The notes below the pieces were generated by a model. The model saw only the letters and a list, made by a program, of their open reading frames with translations. It was not told the origin of the DNA and ran no database searches. Positions 23,601 through 34,600 of a DNA stretch of 64,000 bases are shown here, piece after piece; the stretch's first letter is position 1, and each line of letters starts with the position of its first letter. Origin of the DNA: Macrostomum lignano. Taxonomy: Eukaryota. The stretch is from positions 124,001 to 188,000 of the forward strand of contig NIVC01000886.1 of the NCBI GenBank assembly GCA_002269645.1, read 5' to 3'. The position numbers were made by a program, and so were the translations under genes.

Positions 23601-25274
23601 AAAGCGACTCTCCGCTCACTGCACTCTGCAGGCAGCCAACCTGCAGTGACAGCCACGGCGTGCGGTGTGCGGCCTGCACAGGACACGTGCCATGCGATCC
23701 AGTGCTGCAGCAGTTTCTGTGGGGACATAATTGCAAAACTGCTTTCATCCAGCACGATTTGTCCATTGAATTCTAAGAAAGTTCACCTCGTGCAGGCGAC
23801 CAGACCGAGCTCGATCAACGAGCTCAGAGTGAGCTTCAGCTTCCAAGAGAAAGACATCATGAGAGACCTGAGCACAGTCCAGGGACAGCTGTTCACACTC
23901 ATCAAGTTCATCTTCAAGAGACACTTGCCGCTCACTCTGGACACACCTGGACTCAAGACCTACCATGCGAAGACTCTGCTCTTCACAATGCTGGAGAAGC
24001 ATGGCACAGATCCTTTAAGTGAGGCTTGGCAGCCCCACAATCTGATCGCTCTGCTCAAGGAGTCTCTCGACATGATGCTGAGCTTCATCGACTCAAGCAG
24101 CTCGCCCGATGAGTGCATGCCGCACTTCTTCATGCCCGACGCTCCGCTCTACTTCAAGAACGCTGGAATCGGCGGCGACTTCGACAACACGAAGGCGAGG
24201 GTTCGAGACCGACTTTGTGAGCTGAGAAGCGACATCGGCGGAGTGGTCGAGCAGCTGAGGAGACTCGTGAGACCTCTGCAGTCAGAGAAGTTCTACTTTC
24301 ACCTTTTCACTCTGCTGCCTCTGACAGCGCCGCCTGCTGTCACGGTGATCAGGGAAAGAAGTGGCTATCCAGAAATGTACTACAAGTTCTCAGACGTGTA
24401 CAGTGTGGTGCACCAGTGTGTGAGCGAGCTGCAGTCGGAATCGAGCGACAGAGACACACTGATGAGGCAGCTCAGTCTCCTGCATGAGCTGCAGTGGTGC
24501 AAGTGCGCCGCCCTGTGCATGACCGCCATGGCGCATTTGAAGTTCGGAGAATATGAGGAGGCTGAGAGACTCGCGATGGAGCTGCAGAGACATCAGGTTG
24601 AGTCAGGGTTGAAGTTAATCGATATTCCGACAGTATATATTCGAGTCAATTACAGGCAAAAATCAAAAGTAAAACTGCCAGAAGACTCAGACTGGGCGTG
24701 GAGGTTTTGCCTCCCCTGCGACTCTCCGCCTCGCTTCCCATTCCTTCCTGAGTTCACGCAGACTCTGTTCACAGCCAGACTGTCGCAGCCTCTCTCCTCC
24801 CACCTGTACGTGAACTTCCGCTGCCTGAGCTGGAGTCTCCAAGCTGAGCTGCTCCGCAATCGCGCACCTGCAATTAAACTGGAGGATTGGAAGCGAGAGC
24901 TGGAAGAAGACCCGGACTTGGAGGAGCTGCTCACTCTGGCTCACTACAGCGACTGCCGCGAGCACGTGGAGCTCAGCCTGCAGCAGATGGAGATGATCGA
25001 GAAAGAGGGACGCGTCGCCATGGAGACGCAGGACGAGGAGAAGATCGGCGGGGTCAGAGAGAAGCTGGAGGGACTGCAGAAGCTGACTGAGGTGGGTTCG
25101 AGTCCGAGACCGAGCCTCGAGGCAACAGCTGGAGTCCCCAAAGTCGAGTCGCAAATTTCAGGTCGGAAAAAAATTGTTTTTCTTGTATTTTGTTTTTTTG
25201 CTTTTGTTTGTACATTTTTAGGAAACGAGCACATCCAGAGCTGGCGAGACCTTATGAATCGCTTCTGCTTTTGA
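20616..25274 (+). CDS. Ankyrin-repeat / cGAS-like receptor (Mab-21 family nucleotidyltransferase) fusion protein, copy 2, intact, about 1106 aa
   Basis: ATG at 20616 after acceptor ttcttctag. Exons 20616-21874, 22068-22121, 22422-22786, 23632-25274 (GT-AG; phases 2,2,1; 3321 nt; no stops). NTase signature GSYAEG...DSDID plus third Asp in QDTCHAI. Mab-21 C-lobe LKTYHAKTLLF and CMPHFFMPD; TPR-like AMAHLKFGEYEEAERLA. Confidence 0.85.
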
Positions 25275-25326
25275 TTGCGCAAGTATGGTTAATTTTGTAT
25301 CTGTCTAATTTAGCAACTGAAATGCT

Positions 25327-25703
25327 GCTTTCATCATGTTTTTGATTTTATTAGAGGCACGGGGGTTGTGTGCACCCTGGCGCACTTTAAGCGACATGGG
25401 CACACAACCGGCGAGAGGCATTACTGCCCATTCCGCCGACTCCCCTGAGCAGGCATACAAGCGCGCGGATACGTACGCAGGCACACACTCACACAGGAGT
25501 GTACAGCGGCCCTAACTTTATTTTATCGTTAGGCATGTACACTTCACTGCACCTTGGGGGGTTGGCTCTCAAGGCCGTTAATTGCACGAGCAGAGCCAAG
25601 CCGAGATTCCAATCCAGCCCCAAATTAATGTGACTGCACTTGGAATCGAGCCTGGGTCGCTGGCACACCAGAGCAGCTGCGCTACCGCTGGGCTACGGCC
25701 CCC
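25327..25703 (-). mobile_element. tRNA-derived SINE, full length
   Basis: Minus strand begins GGGGGCCGTAGCCCAGCGGTAG. A-box TAGCCCAGCGG (25685-25695) and B-box-like GGCTCGATTCC (25642-25652), then about 300 nt of non-tRNA body and an A-rich end. Related fragment at about 29705-29790. Absent from copy 1. Confidence 0.8.
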
Positions 25704-26345
25704 TCGCTTACATCATGTACTTTCATCATGTACTCGTGTAATTTGCAGCGACTAACAGACTGACCACATTCAGTGACTCCCCGTTATTTGATCCATTGGT
25801 GTCATGTCCCAGTAATCATATTGAAAAAACAATCGCAAATAATAAAATGCCATTATCCCTACTGTCAGTAGTTGTACTTGTAGGCTCCTTCATTACAAAT
25901 ACGCTCTTATTTAGCATGTTTGTTTGCTTGTGACCATTTGCAAATATATTTTAACTCACGATTTTTCTTTTAATGCTGTCTTAAACGTGACGCAAACTAA
26001 AAAATTTTCTGATGTTTTAAGCAGCTTTTTTTAATAAACAACATTTCATAATTCTGGCCTTCATGAAATTCTTTCCTTTCTCCTCTTCTTTCTCTCTATT
26101 CTCTACCCCCTCTACGCTCTCCTCTCTGACTCTCCCCTCCTTTCTCTCCTCCATCCCCCTTCCAACTCCTCTTTTCATTATCTCCCCTCTTCTATTCCCT
26201 CTCCTCTCTTTTTTCATCCCTCATCTTCTATTCCTCTCCTTTTCACTCATATGGCCCAATCAAACAGATAACTGTAGTAATGGGTGCAAATGGATATAAT
26301 ATTACGTTGTTACGAGAGTCTCGTAACTTTAATAAATAAGTTTTG

Positions 26346-28838
26346 CTCCCTCATGAACATTCAGTGACTGACAGCCTGACAGCTCCATCATGAACATACA
26401 GTGACTGACAGCCTGACAGCTCCCTCATGAACATTCAGTGACTGACAGCCTGACAGCTCCCTCCTGAACATTCAGTGACTGACAGCCTGACAGCTCCCTC
26501 ATGAACATTCAGTGACTGACAGCCTGACAGCTCCATCATGAACATACAGTGACTGACAGCCTGACAGCTCCCTCATGAACATTCAGTGACTGACAGCCTG
26601 ACAGCTCCCTCCTGAACATTCAGTGACTGACAGCCTGACAGCTCCCTCATGAACATTCAGTGACTGACAGCCTGACAGCTCCCTCCTGAACATTCAGTGA
26701 CTGACAGCCTGACAGCTCCCTCATGAACATTCAGTGACTGACAGCCTGACAGCTCCCTCATGAACATTCAGTGACTGACAGCCTGACAGCTCCCTCATGA
26801 ACATTCAGTGACTGACAGCCTGACAGCTCCATCATGAACATTCAGTGACTGACAGCCTAACAGCTCCCTCATGAACATTCAGTGACTGACAGCCTGACAG
26901 CTCCATCATGAACATTCAGTGACTGACAGCCTGACAGCTCCCTCATGAACATTCAGTGACTGACAGCCTGACAGCTCCCTCATGAACATTCAGTGACTGA
27001 CAGCCTGACAGCTCCCTCATGAACATTCAGTGACTGACAGCCTGACAGCTCCCTCATGAACATTCAGTGACTGACAGCCTGACAGCTCCCTCATGAACAT
27101 TCAGTGACTGACAGCCTGACAGCTCCCTCATGAACATTCAGTGACTGACAGCCTGACAGCTCCCTCATGAACATTCAGTGACTGACAGCCTGACAGCTCC
27201 CTCATGAACATTCAGTGACTGACAGCCTGACAGCTCCCTCATGAACATTCAGTGACTGACAGCCTGACAGCTCCCTCATGAACATTCAGTGACTGACAGC
27301 CTGACAGCTCCCTCATGAACATTCACTGACTGACAGCCTGACAGCTCCCTCATGAACATTCAGTGACTGACAGCCTGACAGCTCCCTCATGAACATTCAG
27401 TGACTGACAGCCTGACAGCTCCCTCATGAACATTCAGTGACTGACAGCCTGACAGCTCCCTCATGAACATTCACTGACTGACAGCCTGACAGCTCCCTCA
27501 TGAACATTCACTGACTGACAGCCTGACAGCTCCCTCATGAACATTCACTGACTGACAGCCTGACAGCTCCCTCATGAACATTCACTGACTGACAGCCTGA
27601 CAGCTCCCTCATGAACATTCAGTGACTGACAGCCTGACAGCTCCCTCATGAACATTCAGTGACTGACAGCCTGACAGCTCCCTCATGAACATTCAGTGAC
27701 TGACAGCCTGACAGCTCCCTCATGAACATTCAGTGACTGACAGCCTGACAGCTCCCTCATGAACATTCAGTGACTGACAGCCTGACAGCTCCCTCATGAA
27801 CATTCAGTGACTGACAGCCTGACAGCTCCCTCATGAACATTCAGTGACTGACAGCCTGACAGCTCCCTCATGAACATTCAGTGACTGACAGCCTGACAGC
27901 TCCCTCATGAACATTCAGTGACTGACAGCCTGACAGCTCCATCATGAACATTCAGTGACTGACAGCCTGACAGCTCCCTCATGAACATTCAGTGACTGAC
28001 AGCCTGACAGCTCCATCATGAACATTCAGTGACTGACAGCCTGACAGCTCCCTCATGAACATTCAGTGACTGACAGCCTGACAGCTCCCTCATGAACATT
28101 CAGTGACTGACAGCCTGACAGCTCCCTCATGAACATTCAGTGACTGACAGCCTGACAGCTCCCTCATGAACATTCAGTGACTGACAGCCTGACAGCTCCC
28201 TCATGAACATTCAGTGACTGACAGCCTGACAGCTCCCTCATGAACATTCAGTGACTGACAGCCTGACAGCTCCCTCATGAACATTCAGTGACTGACAGCC
28301 TGACAGCTCCCTCATGAACATTCAGTGACTGACAGCCTGACAGCTCCCTCATGAACATTCAGTGACTGACAGCCTGACAGCTCCCTCATGAACATTCAGT
28401 GACTGACAGCCTGACAGCTCCCTCATGAACATTCAGTGACTGACAGCCTGACAACTCCCTCATGAACATTCACTGACTGACAGCCTGACAGCTCCCTCAT
28501 GAGCATTCAGTGACTGACAGCCTGACAGCTCCCTCATGAACATTCAGTGACTGACAGCCTGACAGCTCCCTCATGAACATTCAGTGACTGACAGCCTGAC
28601 AGCTCCCTCATGAACATTCAGTGACTGACAGCCTGACAGCTCCCTCATGAACATTCAGTGACTGACAGCCTGACAGCTCCCTCATGAACATTCAGTGACT
28701 GACAGCCTGACAGCTCCATCATGAACATTCAGTGACTGACAGCCTGACAGCTCCCTCATGAACATTCAGTGACTGACAGCCTGACAGCTCCCTCATGAAC
28801 ATTCAGTGACTGACAGCCTGACAGCTCCCTCATGAACA
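26346..28838. repeat. 37-bp minisatellite (ctccctcatgaacattcagtgactgacagcctgacag), about 67 highly homogeneous copies
   Basis: Unit starts at 26346 and 26383, continuing throughout. Confidence 0.98.
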
Positions 28839-28839
28839 T

Positions 28840-29140
28840 CAGCTACGTTATCTATTGCTCTTCTTGTAGTAATTTTGTAGAAATGGAATGCTTTAATCGG
28901 TACTTTGTTTTTTTGACTAATTAGCTTATTTGCTTGCTTATGGCGATTTCTAAATAAATTCGAAAATATGGGAGGAATTGGTGCAAGAGTTTTTAACTCA
29001 CCATTCATTTTTGCTTTTAATGCTGCCTTTGAAATGCGCCGCAAGCTTCAAACATTCTTGATGATTTACACTCGTTATATTCACAAAAATTTAATTCTTT
29101 CTCGGCTTTAGCTCGTATAATGCTTGGATTTCATGAAATT
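28840..29140 (+). repeat. Third partial copy of the cassette 3' flank
   Basis: tttaactcac...ttgcttttaatgctgcctttga matches about 7830-7870 and about 25945-25990. Confidence 0.65.
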
Positions 29141-29167
29141 CCTCAAGTCATTCACCTGAAGTCACTA

Positions 29168-29346
29168 AAGTGAACCCCCTGCCAGATCCCTGCAGTGAAT
29201 CCCCTGCCAGATCCCTGAAGTGAATCCCCTGCCAGATCCCTGCAGTGAATCCCCAGCCAGATCCCTGAAGTGAATCCCCAGCCAGATCCCTGAAGTGAAT
29301 CCCCTGCCAGATCCCTGAAGTGATCATCCCCTGCCAGATCCCTGAA
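29168..29346. repeat. 25-bp tandem repeat (tgaatcccctgccagatccctgaag), about 7 copies
   Basis: tgaa at 29171 and 29196, continuing. Confidence 0.9.
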
Positions 29347-30539
29347 GACAACAATGCCTGCATGAAACGCTGACAAAAACAACAAAGGTCAGCCAGGCAG
29401 TCGAAGAATCCCCCATGGCAGCCTGCTGCATCAGCAGCTGCACCTCCTGAACGTCTGGCTGTGGGTGGCGACTCGGCGCGGATGACTCGCTCTGAGGCAG
29501 CTGAAGTGCAGCAGCCAGCGCCGCGTTAACCTGCGGTTCGAGCGACTCCGTCAGCGTCCTGGTTTCGGCGTTGCCTGGAGTTTTTCACGCTGCAATACCG
29601 CCTTCACACAGCCGAAGGTAGTAGTCTAAAGATTACATAGTAATAACAATCTGTCTCAATATCTCAAATAGAAACAACCTGTCTCAGACGTTTGCATTCT
29701 TATATACACACGCTCGTACAGGATGTACAGCTGACCTGACATTCAAAACGTCAGGCATGTACACATCTCTTTGCCTTTGGGGTTGGCTCTTGTTGTGATT
29801 GACAATGCTTGCGCAATGAACTGACCATTGACAATTAAGTATTGACCTTATTGAATGCGTGGGCGTATACTGTACTCAGACTAGAATGAGTAGGTGATTG
29901 CGTATCGATTTGGCAATGCAACGTGCAAGTAGGAGTCCTATATCCTAAAAATGAGTTGTCTGTATGTATGTATGTATATGGGTATGCGATTGATTTCAGA
30001 AAAAACGGCTCAACCGATTTTCTTCAAACTTGCACCATTCGATCAGAAATTTTTCTGGGACGGTACATGCATCTTAGCTAAGAAATTGCTAAATGTGAAA
30101 GGGATTAAATATTCGAAAAACATGCTTTTTTGCAAAGGTCAAGCAAAATTTCGACTTGAAATGCATTGTAAGAATGCTAGAGAAAAAACTGACTGGCTGA
30201 ATTTCAATTCTGATAAAGATTGCATCGCAACAAATTGAAAACAGTGTCGAAGAAATGCACACACGACTTGATTTAAATTGCGTAACCATATTGCCAACTT
30301 AAATTGAGACTGATTCTGGCTGACTGAGAAATTGATTATGTCATAACTTTTTACTCCAAATGACTTGATGTAAGAATTGAATTATAAGGGCCACAATTCA
30401 TGTGCTCCAATTGAAATAAGATAGCCTAGATGCGAACAGACTGTACTGCTAATGTAGCAATCTGGGTTCGAATCTAAGTAGCGCAAAATGATTTTTTATT
30501 AAAACAACTTAAAAACAAAAAACTGCTAAACATAAAAGA

Positions 30540-31025
30540 AGCGCAATGTCAAACATAAAAGAGCCACCATGTCAAAAATAAAAGAGCCACCATATCGAAC
30601 ATAAAAGAGTTACCATGTAAAACATTAAAGAGCCACCATGTTAAACATAAAACAGACACCATTAACAACATTAAAGAGCCAACCATTTCGAACATTAAAG
30701 AGCCACCATGTCGACCATTAAAAGAGCCACCATGTCGAACATACAAGAGCCACCATGTCAAACATAGAAGAGCCACCATGTCAAACATTAAAGAGCCACC
30801 ATGTCAAACATTAAAGATATACAATTTCAAATGTAAAGGTATAAAGCGCCATGCCAATTTAAAGGAGCCACTATAAAGCTAAGGAAATTGTTGCACTAGC
30901 TACTTATTGTCTGGTGGATGCTTGCTATTTGGGGATGCTTGCTATCTGGGGGATGCTTGCTATCTGGGGGATGCTTGCTATTTGGGGATGCTTGCTATCT
31001 GGGGGATGCTTGCTATCTGGGGAAT
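30540..31025 (+). repeat. Left Helitron-internal block: 23-bp repeat (aaagagccaccatgtcaaacatt), unique spacer, then 17-18-bp repeat (ggatgcttgctatctggg)
   Basis: Same three-part block recurs in direct orientation at 39215-40415. Confidence 0.9.
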
Positions 31026-31640
31026 GAATGGGAATGCGCCCAGTAAAGTAGTATTTTTGTCGCCAGGCTAGAGAACTATAAATGTAGACTGCGAGAAAAG
31101 ATTGTACATTATAAAATCTCCCCGTGCACAATTGACAAACTAACTTTAAATGCTGGAGAGAGGGATAGTGAGAGAGTGAAATACATGCACATATATACAG
31201 TGTCTAATTGATTCACAATATACGAACCATGTTGAGACTGACCCTCCAAAATGTAATAAAACCGTCTGATTATAAAAAAGTCCAAAAGTGCCACAGAGAA
31301 AGATGTACATTGGCTACTGAGGCTTGCGCCTGCTTCAGAAAATTTATCTGAATCCTTTCACATAGGAGAGTTAGAGTTAGGTGTTTGAGATAGAGTATTG
31401 AATAATAAAAAAGTCCTGACCAATTAGCAGGCGGGTATTGGAGTGAATTTAGGCTTGCTGTACACACTGACAGTCTAACAGTGTACAAATGGTGTCCAGC
31501 TTTTTGGGATTGGGTTGTTGCTGAGTTTAAAACGCGTGACATTATAGACTTCATACCTTTCTCGTTTCTCGCACACAACCCCTACTATCCTTTCTTTTCA
31601 TTATCACTCAAAATTCTTATCTTTCAATTTGAATTCCAAT

Positions 31641-34600
31641 ATGGCTCGACGTGGCACCAGCGCATTGAAGAAGAGCAGAGATGCCAAGAAGAAGCGTCAG
31701 CAAGAGAGTGCCGTTCAGCGAGAGGAGCGGCTGGCTGGACTGCGGCAGCAGAAGAATGAGCGAACGGCCATGGAGACTGACGCGCAGCGAGAAGAGCGGC
31801 TGGCTGGACACCGGCAGCAGGAGGCTGAGCGAAGGGCAACGGAAACCGACGCTCAGCGAGAAGAGCGCCTGACGAGACTCCGGCAGGAAAATGCTGAGCG
31901 AAGGGCAATGGAAACCGACGCTCAGCGAGAAGAGCGCCTGACGAGACTCCGGCAGGAAAATGCTGAGCGAAGGGCAACTGAAACCGACGCTCAGCGAGAA
32001 GAGCGCCTGACGAGACTCCGGCAGGAAAATGCTGAGCGAAGGGCAACGGAAACCGACGCTCAGCGAGAAGAGCGCCTGACGAGACTCCGGCAGGAAAATG
32101 CTGAGCGAAGGGCAACGGAAACAGACGCTCAGCGAGAAGAGCGTAGATCTGGAGACAGAACTCGTGCGGAGAAGCGACGCGCTTCAGAAACCGAAGAGCA
32201 ACGAAGAGCTCGAGTGGAAGCCGAGCAAATTCGCCGTCGAGGAGTGTCGGCTGGCAGGTAGGATGACATTTTAATTGGAGCTATATATTTTATAGCTATA
32301 TAAAATCCAAGTGCCCATTGTGCCTAATTCTGGGTATTTTCTATCTTAGCTGATGTTTTATTGGTACTTGGGCATATAATTAAAAACTGGAATCTGTTTC
32401 GTGCATTTTTCCTAATCTTTTCAGGTCGATTGCTTTCCAAGAATTTTTATTTAAGAGATCAGTATAGAATAGCATAAAATTTATTCGTCACTACTTTAAT
32501 AACCGACAAATGAAGTTGTGTATAATTTTTTCCTATATTCCAGGTTTGATAGTAGTGAGTTGGCCACACCGTCTGTGGTACCTTTTGATGCGTTGCGCAT
32601 AATTCGCATTCCTGGTGATGGGAACTGTTTTTTTTATGCAGTCTGTGATCAGTTGCAGGGCACTCCACTTGAGACCGATGCGGCATCTTTAAGACACGAG
32701 CTGACGAGCCGTGTAGTGCAGATTATGCCAGAATTGATTGAACAAGGCTTTGTTTTGCCAGAAAATGCTGATTTCATTGTTGATTCATCTTTTTCTGAAG
32801 GCACATATGTGCCTGATGAAGTTGTTCCGCTTTTAAGCCGTTGTTTTAATGTTGATCTGGTGATTTATCAAGAAAATGGCACTGTATTGCAGTACTGTAT
32901 GTCCCCTTTGCAGCCACCGATTGCAATCGTCCGAATTCTTTTGCGTCATGAGCATTATGAGTCATTGCGATTTGCTAATCCGATTCCAGTTTCTGAGCCC
33001 ATTGTAGATGCAGAGGAGCCAAGATTAACTCAACAGGGTGCAGGTCATTTTGGCGCAAGACCTGCTCAAGAGAGGTAGGTCATTGGTGTGACTGGTCATC
33101 ATAATTTATTTGTCATCGAACTCAAGTTGTTTTATTCTAATATTTTTTTGTAAACTGAAAGATTAACTGGGAAAACTGTTTGCCATTAATCCTTTCTAAT
33201 CCTAATCCTTCTAATCACAGGCCAGAACGGATAATCAGGCCTGAAGCGCCAGCCCATAACTGTGGCCCAATGGACAGAGCATGCGACCAATGCGGTGCAT
33301 TACTTTGGTGCTCTGAGACGAGGAATTTCTGCTGCGCCAAAGGCAAGGTAAAGCTGCCCAGCCGCACCGTGCCTCAAGTGCTGGCGGATCTGTACCTGGG
33401 GCGGCACAGACTGAGTGCCAAGTTCCTGACCAACATTCGGAGTTACAACTCGGCGCTGCACCTGACATCGCTGGGTGCCAAACTGCGGTTGGTGCCAGGC
33501 TGGTGTCCCAGCTTCATCATCAGCGGCCAGTTGCATCACAACACGGCGCCGCTGTTTGCAGAAGATTCAGCTGAGCCCCATGGCTGGCAAGTGTATTTCA
33601 ATGATCGCGAACTTGAAAGCCGCCAGAGTCTCAGCCAGAAGGTGAAGCCGGAACTACTGGAGCTGTTGCAGACGCTGCTTCACGAATGCAACGGCTATGT
33701 CCGCAGCCTGAGGGCAGTCGCTCATCGAATCAGTCAAGATCCGGAGTTGGGAGATGCGCGAATCGTGATTCACCCTGACCGTCGACCATCTGGGGAACAC
33801 ATTCGGTATGTCTGCAAGACATTCTAATAAGATATTTTGCGTAATAAATTATCCAATTATCCAATTATCCAATTTGTACAAACTCAGTATCCCACAAACT
33901 CCGTTCAAAATAAGGCGCTACAACTTGCCTACGGCGAACGAGGTCGGTATCCTGATTGTGGAGGACAATGAGAACACACCGGCCAGTCGGGACGTGGTGA
34001 TTCAACTGCGTGGAGGCGGTTCCCAGAGAATCAGCGAGACGCACCGCTCATACGACCCGCTGGAGTATGTGCTGCTGTTCCCGAATGGCGAAGATGGCTG
34101 GCACCCGGAGTTGCTGATGAGTAATGGCAAGAAATTGACGCCCATGAAATACTATGCGAGCGAAATCATGGTGCGAGCGGGCCAGTTCAGTGTGCTGCAC
34201 TATGGCCGAAGATTATTTCAGCAGTACTTGGTGGACATGTGTGCCAAGATTGAGGCAGAGAGGCTGCTGTATTTGCGGACCCATCAGCAGGACCTGCGCA
34301 GCGAGACGTACAGCGGTCTGCGGGACGCTCTGTTTGCAGCTGATGGCAGGTCTACCGACAGAGATCCGAGTGACATAGGCAAGCCCGCGCATGTGCTTCT
34401 GTCTTCGAGCTTCGTTGGCGGGCCAAGGTACCTGATGGAGAGGCTACAGGACGCTATGACCTATGTTCACAAGTTCGGTAAGCCGGACCTGTTTGTCACC
34501 GCAACGTGCAATCCGAAATGGCCGGAGATCAGCGCTCAGCTTCTGCCTGGACAGCGGGCAGAAGACCGGCCCGACATTGTTAGCCGAGTCTTTGAAATGA

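Noticed and set aside
25620-25703. tRNA gene
   Set aside because: Has A/B boxes but no complete cloverleaf and continues into a SINE body.
19004-28838. CRISPR-like appearance of the 34-bp and 37-bp arrays
   Set aside because: Units are head-to-tail with no unique spacers, no cas genes are present, and the context is eukaryotic.
30420-30485. tRNA-like segment with GGTTCGAATC
   Set aside because: B-box only, with a poor A-box and no stems; at most a decayed SINE head.
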